DNA from: Terriglobia bacterium
GTDB taxonomy: Bacteria; Acidobacteriota; Terriglobia; JAJPHL01; JAPKYU01
Assembly (NCBI GenBank): GCA_965206645.1
Contig: CBDBKE010000002.1
Span: 256,001 to 320,000 of the forward strand
Direction: 5' to 3'
DNA: 64,000 bases
The notes under the pieces were generated by a model, which was not told the origin of the DNA, did not search any database, and saw only the letters and a program-made list of their open reading frames with translations. How positions within the stretch are numbered: position 1 is the first letter of the stretch; every line of letters begins with the position of its first letter. Made by a program: the position numbers and the translations under genes. This document shows, piece by piece, positions 54,740 to 64,000 of the stretch.

Positions 54740-54879
54740 CGGTTCGCTCCAAGTGGTTTACGTGCTGTTCAATTTGGAAATGGTTCAGCGACCATGCGTG
54801 TCAGACGGCTCATCCTACTCGTCCCTCACCCGATTCTGCAAACGGAGACAGTCCGATCGCGGCGCAAATGACTCTATCT

Positions 54880-55836
54880 CTAGAAACCGGCTTTCTTGTC
54901 GCAGACATAAACCAACTGCTCGCCGGCTAAATAACGGCGCAGATTATCCTTGCAGATTTGCTTGCGGCGTTCCCACATTTGCGATGAATCCGCTGAGACA
55001 TGAGGCGAAATCAATACGTTGGGCGCGTCCCACAGAGGACTGTCGGCGGGAAGCGGTTCCTGGGCAACCACGTCCAGGCCAGCTCCGGCGACGTGCCCGG
55101 ACCGCAGGGCCTCAATCAGAGGTTCTTCCTCGACGATCTGACCTCTTGAAACCACGACAACTACTGCACCCTTCTTGAGCAGTTCCAGGCGCTTTCGATT
55201 AATGATGCCGCGCGTCTGGGCCGTCAGTGGGGCAGTGACAACGAGGTAGTCGGAGAGCGCCATGAGATCATCCAAACGGTCGAGCGTCCACACTTCGCGC
55301 ACACCTGGAGGCGGGGGCATTTTCTGGATGTCGACTCCGTAAACCTCCATATCGAATCCCCGAGCCCGTTCGGCGACGGCTTTGCCGATATCCCCCATAG
55401 CTACGATCCCCATCGTCGTGCCCGCCAGTTCTCTCATTCGTCCGAAATACTTCAAGGTGTCCCAGCGATGCGCCCGCTGGTCCTCGATCAATTGAGGAAC
55501 GTTGTGAGCAAAAGCCAGGATCATGGCGAACGCATGGTCTGCCATGGAGACGACATGCGTCTTGCGACAATTGGTCATCACCACGTCGCTTTCCACTAGT
55601 TCAGGAATGCTTTCGACGATGTGGTCGAATCCAATGCCGATGTACTGGAACCAGCGCAGGCGTTTTGCCGCCAGGAACACGTCCCGGGCAATTTCGCCAA
55701 ATTGGACCTCAGCGTCCGGGACCTCCCGTAGTTGTTCTTCCTTGGTGTAGGCAACTCGAAACTCAACCTTGGGAAAGGTCGCTCGCAGATCTTTTACGAA
55801 CTCCTCGCCCATATCGTAGGCCAAGACCACTTTCAT
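54880..55836 (-). CDS. D-2-hydroxyacid dehydrogenase
   Basis: Rossmann GIVAMGDIG, PLTAQTRG, SRG, GAGLDV..EPL and SPHVS. Confidence 0.92.
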   Translation of the reverse strand: MKVVLAYDMGEEFVKDLRATFPKVEFRVAYTKEEQLREVPDAEVQFGEIARDVFLAAKRLRWFQYIGIGFDHIVESIPELVESDVVMTNCRKTHVVSMADHAFAMILAFAHNVPQLIEDQRAHRWDTLKYFGRMRELAGTTMGIVAMGDIGKAVAERARGFDMEVYGVDIQKMPPPPGVREVWTLDRLDDLMALSDYLVVTAPLTAQTRGIINRKRLELLKKGAVVVVVSRGQIVEEEPLIEALRSGHVAGAGLDVVAQEPLPADSPLWDAPNVLISPHVSADSSQMWERRKQICKDNLRRYLAGEQLVYVCDKKAGF

Positions 55837-56054
55837 AACCACCTCAGTTTACGCGAGATCTCCATGGCCAAAAATGTCAAAGCAACAGGTCACGGGGGTC
55901 GGATTGTACCACGCGCTTCTCACCCGGCTCGCACATTTTATTTGCCCGCCGCCTCCCAGTGCGCAGCTCCCCGTTAAGGAATAGTTAAGGAATACAAATA
56001 AGGCTTGGCAGTAGGTTGGGCTAAGGATCAAGCCCCAATTGGGAGCGACGGATT

Positions 56055-56120
56055 GGCCTCATCATTGGCCTTATCATTAGGCCTTATCATTAGGCCTTAT
56101 CAGGCGGCCTTATCAGGCGG
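56055..56120. repeat. 12-13 bp tandem repeat x5
   Basis: GGCCTCATCATT, GGCCTTATCATTA x2, GGCCTTATCAGGC x2. Confidence 0.9.
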
Positions 56121-56261
56121 GAAGAACAGGGCCTCAGCGAGCCTCGAACCGCTCGCCTCCTCTTTGCATGCGGCGAAATCATTGCGTGTCAGTGGCCGGG
56201 GGTGTACAGTCGGGGCAGGAGAGTGAAATCGGAAATCCCCGGTTGGAACAGGAGGGCAACC

Positions 56262-58013
56262 ATGCGGTCAACTATTCGCAGGATAGGCACTTGTGGAGTC
56301 ATTGTGTGCGCGTTGACCCTGGCGTTGGCGCAGCAGCCCGCCAGCCGAGTGGTCATTTACCTCCCGCAGGGTCAAACCTTTTGGCCGGACTTGTCGATTT
56401 CACCCGATGGCACACAGGTCGCTTACATCGCCCGCACGGGCGACATCCTGCAGCTCTACGTTCGTCGCTTAAACGAACGGGAGAGCAGGCCAATTCCCGG
56501 CACTGCGGGGGCCTTCCATGGTGCTTTTTCTCCCGATGGGAAGTGGCTTGCCTTCGGCGGACTTGACGGACTGCTAAAGAAGGTGTCGGTTTCCGGCGGA
56601 GAGATCCAGACCCTGTGCACGTACAGCGAAATAGCAGGTGGGGGGTATCTAGGTCAAAGCTGGACTCCGAACGGGGACGCTCTCATTTTCGCAGGCCCGT
56701 CCGGTCTGTTCCGAGTTTCGGCCGCCGGGGGTACCCCTAAGGTGATCGCCACTGTGATCGAGGCAACCAAAGACTTTCATGCCTGGCCGCAGGTCCTCCC
56801 AGACGGCAAGGCAGTGCTGTTTACTGTGGGGCAAAAAAGCGGTCCATCAGTCGCTGTGCGTTCACTGGAAACTGGCGAGCAGCGGACCCTGATCGAGCAC
56901 GGCTCCCATGCTCGGTATGTACCAACCGGCCACCTCGTCTTTGCACGGGATGACAAGTTGTTGGCGGCGCCTTTTGCCCTCGACCAGCTTCAGTTAACAG
57001 GATCGCCCGCCGTCGTCCTCGCGGGGATCGCGAATTATTCTGCAGAACTGGGAGAGACACCGTTCAGCGTGTCTGAGAGCGGATCGCTCGTCTATGTCCC
57101 GGGTTCTCCTTCTGTGAGTAAGCGCACGCTGGTCTGGGTAGATCGCCAGGGAGCGGTTGAGTCCCTGGCGGCACCTCCACGCAACTATGACAACCCCCGC
57201 CTCTCACCCGATGGCCAGCGGCTGGCCGTCCAGATCGGGCCCGAAACCGGCAACTCCGACATCTGGATTTACCACATCCCGCGGGGGACATTGACCCGGC
57301 TGACGATTGAGGGAGACGACTTCGGTCACCTCTGGGCGCCGGATGGAAAACGGGTGGCATTTGGTTCGGCCAGGGGCGGCGGAGCTGCGAACCTGTTTTG
57401 GAAACCTGCCGACGGCAGCGGCCCCGCAGAGCAGCTCACGGAAAGTGAACGCTTCCAGATGCCTTCGTCCTGGTCCGCGGACGGGAAAGTCGTGGCCTTT
57501 TTTGAACGTCATCCCGCCACGGGGTGGGACATCTGGGTTCTTCCGTTGCAGGGGGAGCGCAAGCCGCGCCCCTTCCTCCAAACCCGATTTGGTGAAACCG
57601 GGGCGGTGTTCTCCCCGGACGGTCACTGGCTCACGTATGTCTCCAATGAGTCCGGCCGGCGGGAAGTCTATGTCCAGGCGTATCCCGGCCCCGGCGGCAA
57701 GTGGCAGATCTCCACCGAAGGCGGCAATGGGGCGGTCTGGGCGAAGAACGGGAAGGAACTGTTCTACCGCAACGGCGACAAGATGATGGCCGTTGAGATT
57801 ACAACGCAGCCAACCTTTCGTGCGGGCGCCCCCACCCTACTGTTTGAGGGACAGTACGTTCAGTCGGGCCCGGGGCGTGCAAACTACGACATCACGCCCG
57901 ACGGCCAGCGGTTCCTTATGATCAAGCTAGGTAAGCCAGGCGCAACACAAATCAACGTCGTGCTCAACTGGTTTGAAGAGCTGAAGCGCCTCGTTCCCAC
58001 CGAAAAAAACTGA
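56262..58013 (+). CDS. Secreted PD40/TolB-like beta-propeller protein
   Basis: AGGAGG RBS; signal peptide; repeated SPDG motifs; ends VVLNWFEELKRLVP. Confidence 0.85.
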   Translation: MRSTIRRIGTCGVIVCALTLALAQQPASRVVIYLPQGQTFWPDLSISPDGTQVAYIARTGDILQLYVRRLNERESRPIPGTAGAFHGAFSPDGKWLAFGGLDGLLKKVSVSGGEIQTLCTYSEIAGGGYLGQSWTPNGDALIFAGPSGLFRVSAAGGTPKVIATVIEATKDFHAWPQVLPDGKAVLFTVGQKSGPSVAVRSLETGEQRTLIEHGSHARYVPTGHLVFARDDKLLAAPFALDQLQLTGSPAVVLAGIANYSAELGETPFSVSESGSLVYVPGSPSVSKRTLVWVDRQGAVESLAAPPRNYDNPRLSPDGQRLAVQIGPETGNSDIWIYHIPRGTLTRLTIEGDDFGHLWAPDGKRVAFGSARGGGAANLFWKPADGSGPAEQLTESERFQMPSSWSADGKVVAFFERHPATGWDIWVLPLQGERKPRPFLQTRFGETGAVFSPDGHWLTYVSNESGRREVYVQAYPGPGGKWQISTEGGNGAVWAKNGKELFYRNGDKMMAVEITTQPTFRAGAPTLLFEGQYVQSGPGRANYDITPDGQRFLMIKLGKPGATQINVVLNWFEELKRLVPTEKN

Positions 58014-58034
58014 TCTCGCCCAATACCACTAAGC

Positions 58035-58661
58035 GTGGAAATCCAGGGTGGCGGGTCCGGCAAGAACGCCAAGCAGAACCGCAACACGGTTACTGTCCGC
58101 CTGAAACGAGGAGTGAAGCTCGATTGGGACCGGCTGGAACGCCACTTCTACCTCAGCTCCAGTTGCGGGGTCTGCGGGAAAGCCTCGATCGAGGCGCTAC
58201 AGGCCACCGGCTGCCCCACTCTGCCCTCGGCCAAGCCTCTCATTGATTCCTCGGTGATCCACCGCCTGCCCCAGACTCTGCGGAGTTCCCAGGCCCTTTT
58301 TGACCGCACCGGCGGCCTGCACGCCGCCGCTCTGTTTAACTCCACGGGAAAACTGCTGAGCATGCGAGAGGATGTGGGCCGGCACAATGCCCTGGATAAA
58401 TTGATCGGCGCTGAATTCCTGAAGAATCGCTTACCTCTTTCCAACAGGCTGGCCGATAGGCTGCTGCTGTTGAGTGGACGCACCAGCTTTGAGCTGGTGC
58501 AGAAGGCGTTGATGGCGGGGATTCCCGTGCTCGCCGCTGTAGGCGCGCCTTCCAGCCTTGCCGTCGAGCTTGCCTTAAGATTCCAGATGACGCTGGTGGG
58601 ATTCGTGCGCAACGACCGGTTCAATATCTATTCCGGGGGCTGGCGCATCCAGGGAGTCTAA
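58035..58661 (+). pseudogene. fdhD: Formate dehydrogenase accessory sulfurtransferase, 5'-truncated
   Basis: SSCGVCGK, TGGLHAA, REDVGRHNALDK, SGR.SFELVQK and APSSLA present; the N-terminal EEPL and TMRTPG motifs are absent and there is no RBS. Confidence 0.8.
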
Positions 58662-58662
58662 G

Positions 58663-60321
58663 CCGGAATTTCCATTTTGAGCTTCCCCTTCACCCGAAAA
58701 CCTATGCCTCTTACCCTGTCGTGTCAATCGCAAATCGCCCGGGCCTCTTTGAGGTGGTAGTGCGGCACATTTTGGCTGTTCTTCGGAGTCGCTGTGCGGG
58801 TTTCGCCTGCCCAGCCTGCCTCGCCGCTGACACTTGTCCGGCCCGACCACTTCTGAGCACCTAAAATTACCCTCTCTCCTGGGTCGCTAGCCGTCTGGCA
58901 GCGGCAGTGCCGAGATCGTTCGCAGCATGCTGCTGAACAGCCTCCGGCTCAAGTGCCCTTCGGCCAGCAAAAGCCAGTAATATCGCGCATGTTTCACCAG
59001 CCGTCCTCCCGTTTTCACCAGCCGCTGCTGCAAACTCGTCAGCGACCAGTTGTTGATCCTCTTCGGTAGCACCAGCCGCCGCCACAGGTTTCCCAAGTTG
59101 TAGGCGATCAGGCTCAGCCATAGGCGCACCTCGTTCGACCGAAACCGATGGCAACTCAGCCGGGTCATCTTTACCGCCTGCTTGCCTTCCTTGATCCATT
59201 GCTCTGCGGTGCCCCGCTTGTTGTAGAACCGGACCACCGCCCGGCTGTCGGTCTCCAGATTGGTGACGATGAACTCCACGCGAGGGAACAGTTCGCCAAA
59301 GTGGAACTCCACCTTCGCCACCACCCGCCGCGCCTTTTTCCAACTGGCTGCCTGGTAGAGAAAGCTCTTGTACCAGACCACCGGCTTGTGGCTCGGTCGC
59401 CCCACTGACCGCGTCAACAACTCCGCGATGTCCCTCTCCAGACTGTCGTTGGCCGGGATGCGAATCGCATACTTCACGTCCCGCTCCTCCAGTGCGTCGT
59501 AGATCTCCGGCTTGGCGAAGGCGGCGTCGGCGCGAAACACCACTTCCTTGCCCAGCTTCTGCTGCCGTTCGATCTCTGGCAGGAGAAGTTCTTCCCAATC
59601 CTCGGCGCTGTGCACGTTGCCGGGTCGCAGCTTGGCCGCCAGACAGTCACCCTCGCGACTGAACAGCAACAACGGGTGATAGCAACTCGACTCGAAATGC
59701 CCGTTGTAGGCGCTCTGCTCCTGTTCGCCGTAGACCGGGATCTCGGTGCTGTCCATGTCCAGCACCACCCGGCGCGGCGCATCCATAGCTTCCGCCCTGG
59801 CGATCAAATCCCGGTTGATCGCTGCCAAACCAGCAAGGTTCTCGTCTTGCGTCAGCAGTTCTGTCTCGAACGACTGTAACCGGGAAGTCAGGGCTGCGCC
59901 ACGTTCCCAGATCTTCTCCGAACCGATCAGCCGGAACGTCGGATCTTGGGAAAGCCGCTCGGCGTCGTTGACGTCTTCGTATCCTGCCAAGCGGCTGTAG
60001 ATGGACTGCCGCAGCAAGTCAGCGAGGGGCAACCGGGTGTTCTTCCCCCGAGAGTCGATCAAGTGCTGTTCGATAAGTTCGCCGAACCCCAAACGTTCGT
60101 CCAACTCGCGCACCACAATCAGACCGCCGTCGGAAGTGATTCGCGATCCCTGAAATGTGACCCGCAGAAACCGGTTGAATGACAGTTGAAACGCCTGTTT
60201 TTGGCTCTCACCCATTCGGTGTACACCTCCGGAAGGCAATGTTGATGCTGGAACCCGCATCAATACTGACGTTGGAGTCATTCAGAAGGTTGCCGCCGAT
60301 AGTTCATAAAGGAAATCCGGG
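58663..60321 (-). mobile_element. IS1380-family insertion sequence (1659 bp)
   Basis: TIRs CCGGAATTTCCATT and CCCGGATTTCCTTT (11/14); 5-bp TSD CTAAG at 58658-58662 and 60322-60326. Confidence 0.85.
58887..60215 (-). CDS. IS1380 transposase (DDE_Tnp_1_4)
   Basis: TSDGG, GYEDVND, LDMDST, RADAAF and YNKRGTAEQWIKEGK. Confidence 0.95.
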   Translation of the reverse strand: MGESQKQAFQLSFNRFLRVTFQGSRITSDGGLIVVRELDERLGFGELIEQHLIDSRGKNTRLPLADLLRQSIYSRLAGYEDVNDAERLSQDPTFRLIGSEKIWERGAALTSRLQSFETELLTQDENLAGLAAINRDLIARAEAMDAPRRVVLDMDSTEIPVYGEQEQSAYNGHFESSCYHPLLLFSREGDCLAAKLRPGNVHSAEDWEELLLPEIERQQKLGKEVVFRADAAFAKPEIYDALEERDVKYAIRIPANDSLERDIAELLTRSVGRPSHKPVVWYKSFLYQAASWKKARRVVAKVEFHFGELFPRVEFIVTNLETDSRAVVRFYNKRGTAEQWIKEGKQAVKMTRLSCHRFRSNEVRLWLSLIAYNLGNLWRRLVLPKRINNWSLTSLQQRLVKTGGRLVKHARYYWLLLAEGHLSRRLFSSMLRTISALPLPDG

Positions 60322-60438
60322 CTAAGAGCAGTTATCGCAGGATATGGCCGTATGGGTTTTCGCATACTTGTGGCAAAATGGGCAGGCCTATTGGCTTGCT
60401 GGGCCGTTCCTGAAAATCTATGACGGGGAGAAGAGAGT

Positions 60439-61275
60439 ATGGAGCTGCGCCGTCCGTCCCTCCTGGGCGAATGTTCGGCTGAATTCATTGGCACCTACAT
60501 CTTGGTCTTGCTCGGTGATACGGCGGTAGCAGTGGCCGTATTCACCGGAGGCTACGACCTGGCTGGAGTGGCCATGATGTGGGGTGTGGGTGTCGCGCTG
60601 GGCGTTTACGTAGCGGCAGGCGTATCGGGCGCGCACCTGAATCCTGCTGTGAGCGTTGCTCTTGTGGCTTGGCGGAAGTTTCCCGTACGGAAATTGTTTC
60701 CCTTTATTTTCTCTCAGGTAGCCGGCGCTTTCACCGCAGCGCTCACGATTTATCTGTGCTGGCGCGGAATGTGGGAGCCAACCGCGGCCCGCTTAGGCGT
60801 CAGTGTGGGTGAGCCCGGCAGTCAGAAGCTGATGATGGTGTTTTCTTGTTTCTATCCCAATCCGGGCATGGTGGGCATCGGCCCTGAGGACCTGGCGAAG
60901 GTTACTACCGGCGCGGCTTTTTTGACGGAAGCGGTTTTGACCGCAATCTTAGTGCTTGCCATTCTCGCTTTGATAGACGATCGGAACCCCGCAGCTCCCA
61001 AGTCGAACCTGGCACCCTTCTTTATAGGTCTCACTGTCATGGGCCTCATCGCCATTGGCGCGCCCCTGACGATGGTGGCGATCAATCCAGCCCGTGACTT
61101 CGGCCCCCGCCTGTTCGGATATCTGGTGGGTTACGGTGACGTTGCCTTCCCTGGCCCGCGCGGCCATGAATGGTGGCTCTATATTGTGGCTCCAATGACA
61201 GGCGCCCTGCTAGGAGGCCTCGTCTACGAGGCTGGACTCCGCCGCTTCTTGCCTGCCAGCAAGGACGCGTCCTGA
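60439..61275 (+). CDS. glpF: MIP-family aquaglyceroporin
   Basis: SGAHLNPAV and INPARDFGPR. Confidence 0.9.
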   Translation: MELRRPSLLGECSAEFIGTYILVLLGDTAVAVAVFTGGYDLAGVAMMWGVGVALGVYVAAGVSGAHLNPAVSVALVAWRKFPVRKLFPFIFSQVAGAFTAALTIYLCWRGMWEPTAARLGVSVGEPGSQKLMMVFSCFYPNPGMVGIGPEDLAKVTTGAAFLTEAVLTAILVLAILALIDDRNPAAPKSNLAPFFIGLTVMGLIAIGAPLTMVAINPARDFGPRLFGYLVGYGDVAFPGPRGHEWWLYIVAPMTGALLGGLVYEAGLRRFLPASKDAS

Positions 61276-61279
61276 CCGG

Positions 61280-61349
61280 GACCGCTTGCTGAGGCGCGCG
61301 GCTCTGTATTTTTGACGCGCTTCCGAGCCACGAGCGTGAGCGAGTGGTC
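61280..61349. repeat. REP-like inverted pair (long imperfect hairpin)
   Basis: GACCGCTTGCTGAGGCGCGCGGCTCTG...CCGAGCCACGAGCGTGAGCGAGTGGTC pairs at about 22 of 27 positions including G-U; it lies directly after the glpF stop. Confidence 0.7.
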
Positions 61350-61611
61350 ATGAACTTTTGTAGCGAATTCCTGGGACCCAACACTAGATCCATCAGCGGA
61401 ATGGCCGAGGCCAGCCATGATGTCACCCGGGAGAGACCGCGGCAATCTGAGCTTGACTCGACAGGACTGCGGGCGTACGCTTCCGATGCTTTTGGGCGCC
61501 GGTAGTGGGCTACTTTGATTCCGAAGGAAAAGCTCAAATAGGGAATCCCAGTCCAATAGGCTCTCTTCCACCGGTTATGATCAGATTCCACGCAAAGGAG
61601 GGTTTCTCCCA

Positions 61612-62760
61612 ATGGAGCGAGTGACACCAATGGGGCAAGTGATAAAGGTTGTGCTTTGGAGTTTCGTCATCGTAGTTGCAATGAGCCCGTGCGTAGCGCC
61701 AGTTCATGCGCATCACGCTCCTGGTTTTGCAGCTTTGGCAAAGGCAGCGCCCGCATCTTCGGCGGCCGCTACATCACACGCTGCTGGAATCAGCGGTCAA
61801 GGAGAGATGAAATTCAAGGTTTTGTACACCTCCGATCATCTGCCGAAAGAAGCCCAGAAGGTGTTGAAGGCCGCCCACGGCGGCTTCGCAGTCGATCGCC
61901 GCCCGGGAAAAGGGGAAATCTACTTCGCACTGACTGGGGCGGGAATTATGCAGATCAGCGGTGATCTCAAAACGATTCGACTGCTAAAGACGCCAGACGA
62001 AGTGAACAACACGAACATGCACAATACCACCATCTGGTATGCTCCCGATGGCACCGCATATTTAACTTTTCCAGCGAACGATACTGGCCACGTCTTCACG
62101 ACAACTCTCGATGGAAAACTTGTTCACACCCTGAACGCACCGACCGCAAAGGACGACTTCGATGAACCGACAGTCAACCAGTATTTCTCCGCGCTGGGCA
62201 ACTTCGTGCCGACCGATGTGGAGCAGCTGGACGGGCTTTTTTATGTGACAACAGGCTATTCCAGCCTGGACTTCGTATTGACCGCCCGGATTCTGAGCAC
62301 GAATCCTTTCCGGACGGTTTGGCACCACCTGGCGTTTGGCGGCAAGGGGGGCGGAGTCGGCCAGTTCGGCTCGGCACATGGCATTACCGTGCCCCAAGGA
62401 ATAAAGCGGCTGGATGTTTCGGACCGACCGAACGCTGAGATAGATCGCTTCACTCGCTACGGCCATCATCGCGCCACGGTGAACTTCCCCAACGGCACCT
62501 ACCCTGGTGATATCGATTATGAAGGGGACTATGCCGTGGCAGGTTCTCTGCATGGGCCTGACCGGAGCAAAGGCGCTCCTATCCACATCCTGAAGAATGA
62601 CAAATTGATTTCGACCCTCATGCCCAAGGAGGATCTGGGCCTGAAGAACTTTCAGCACATCCACAATGCCGTGATTCTCAAGGTTGGCGGTAAGTTCTAT
62701 GTGATCGCGCAGGCGTGGAACCCCGGTGATTTCGCCATCCTAGAGCAGGTGACGGATTAG
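61612..62760 (+). CDS. Secreted NHL/beta-propeller-like protein
   Basis: AAGGAGG RBS; signal peptide; AHGGFAVD, PTD, FG.AHGI and HIHNA. Function unknown. Confidence 0.72.
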   Translation: MERVTPMGQVIKVVLWSFVIVVAMSPCVAPVHAHHAPGFAALAKAAPASSAAATSHAAGISGQGEMKFKVLYTSDHLPKEAQKVLKAAHGGFAVDRRPGKGEIYFALTGAGIMQISGDLKTIRLLKTPDEVNNTNMHNTTIWYAPDGTAYLTFPANDTGHVFTTTLDGKLVHTLNAPTAKDDFDEPTVNQYFSALGNFVPTDVEQLDGLFYVTTGYSSLDFVLTARILSTNPFRTVWHHLAFGGKGGGVGQFGSAHGITVPQGIKRLDVSDRPNAEIDRFTRYGHHRATVNFPNGTYPGDIDYEGDYAVAGSLHGPDRSKGAPIHILKNDKLISTLMPKEDLGLKNFQHIHNAVILKVGGKFYVIAQAWNPGDFAILEQVTD

Positions 62761-62865
62761 CAAAATCGCTTTTGGCCGTCCTGCTGACATAGGGCCGCGG
62801 CGGCCCAGATGGCAGGAACCCCACCCCTGGGGCGCGGTCAGGGCTTTCGAGCCGCGGAGGGCATC

Positions 62866-63777
62866 ATGAGCCAAGCGGAACGAATCACTCGCCGGTCCGC
62901 GTTGGCCCGCGTGGCGGCCGGCGCCACAGTGGCGGCGACCGGAGCACTGGCGGAACCGGAAGCCGTAGCAGCGATCGCAAAGCCCGACCATCACGGCGAG
63001 GTCGGCCGGCAGAAGCTGAAGGGCAACATCCAGCAGTCAGTGTGCAAATGGTGCTATCCGAAACTGTCGGTCGAAGAGCTGGTGCGCGAATCGGCCAAGA
63101 TGGGCATCGTAGGCATAGACCTGATCCGGCCGCCCGACTGGGACACCGCGTTCAAGTACGGGATTCGACCGGTGATGGGATACGTCGCGAGCGGAAACCC
63201 TCCCGACGGAATCAACAGCAAAGCCGACCACCCCAAATTCGAGAAAGAGTGCCGAAAGAACATTGACCTGGCCGACAAGGCCGGCGTGCCCAACCTGATC
63301 TGCTTCTCCGGCAACCGCCGCGGCATGACCGACGAAGAGGGCCTGGAGAACTGCTACATTTTCCTGAAAAAAGTCACCCCCCAGGCCGAAGACAAAGACA
63401 TCATGATCTGCATGGAGCCGCTGAACAGCAAGGTCGACCACCCCGATTACCAGTGCGACCGCACGCGGTGGGGTGTGGAACTGGTGAAGCGGGTGAACTC
63501 GCCCCGGTTCCGGTTGCTCCACGACATCTACCACATGCAGATCATGGAAGGCGATGTGATCCGAACGATCCGCGACAACATTCAGTACATCGCCCACTTC
63601 CACACGGGCGGTGTCCCTGGGCGCAACGAGATCGACAGCACGCAGGAACTCAACTACGCCACCGTCACCCAGGCCATCATCGAGACCGGGTTCAGCGGCT
63701 ACATGGCGCACGAGTTCGTCCCCAAGCGTGACCCGATGGCTTCACTGCGAGAGGCCGTGCTGCTCTGCGACGTCTGA
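62866..63777 (+). CDS. Hydroxypyruvate isomerase-family TIM barrel with Tat signal
   Basis: TRRSAL; EPLNSKVDHPDY, DIYHMQIMEGD and GVPGRNE. Confidence 0.9.
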   Translation: MSQAERITRRSALARVAAGATVAATGALAEPEAVAAIAKPDHHGEVGRQKLKGNIQQSVCKWCYPKLSVEELVRESAKMGIVGIDLIRPPDWDTAFKYGIRPVMGYVASGNPPDGINSKADHPKFEKECRKNIDLADKAGVPNLICFSGNRRGMTDEEGLENCYIFLKKVTPQAEDKDIMICMEPLNSKVDHPDYQCDRTRWGVELVKRVNSPRFRLLHDIYHMQIMEGDVIRTIRDNIQYIAHFHTGGVPGRNEIDSTQELNYATVTQAIIETGFSGYMAHEFVPKRDPMASLREAVLLCDV

Positions 63778-63903
63778 GCCTCAATCTCAGCAACGAAGCG
63801 ATCTCACTCTGTTGACATCCTCGACTCCCTAGCCTTCGGCATCGAGAGCCTGATTCTCACAGCGCATCAAGGGTCCAAGGGTCGCTGCCCATCCGGTCTG
63901 CGC

Positions 63904-63931
63904 TTGACACGGAGGGTGGCTGACGTATGCT
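63904..63931 (+). promoter_or_regulatory. Sigma70 promoter for a gene starting at 63992 (runs off window)
   Basis: TTGACA-16 bp-TATGCT, then GGAGGAGG RBS and ATG at 63992. Confidence 0.6.
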
Positions 63932-64000
63932 GCTGAGCGAAAAGGGAAGCTCGAATCGGAAATTGCAGCTCCAGACGAAGGAGGAGGAACAATGTCAAGC

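Noticed and set aside
28385-58661. Complete DMF/C1 degradation pathway (DMFase-like, fdhA, fdhD)
   Set aside because: The genes are scattered over 30 kb, fdhD is truncated, and no DMFase small subunit or formate dehydrogenase is present.

Overview
GC-rich bacterial chromosomal window, most likely from Acidobacteriota. This is inferred from the 16S 5' signature GAATCAACGCTGGCGGC, the Solibacter-type TIGR03437 C-terminal domains and the DUF1501/DUF1553 and CRTAC1 gene families. In order it contains: a partial lacD; a stand-alone 16S rRNA gene with its own promoter, boxA, processing stem and terminator but no tRNA or 23S; a decaying array of BACON/SBBP/TIGR03437 surface-protein paralogs; a TPR-GAF-degenerate-GGDEF gene interrupted by an internally deleted IS256; uvrB and small housekeeping genes; a peptidoglycan-recycling run (AmiE-like hydrolase, sodium:solute symporter, murQ, nagA, murA); an ~18 kb TonB receptor-DUF1549/1553-DUF1501 block with fdhA inside it; a multiheme-TPR/CRTAC1 pair; assorted catabolic genes (DMFase-like, duplicated HpcH aldolases, D-2-hydroxyacid dehydrogenase); a truncated fdhD next to an intact IS1380; glpF; and a Tat-exported Hyi-like protein. 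The most striking cross-cutting pattern is pervasive 11-21 bp tandem duplication (units are multiples of 3 inside CDSs and of any length between genes), together with microhomology-bounded deletions and duplications and many single-lesion pseudogenes. All family calls come from motif recognition by eye; no database searches were run.
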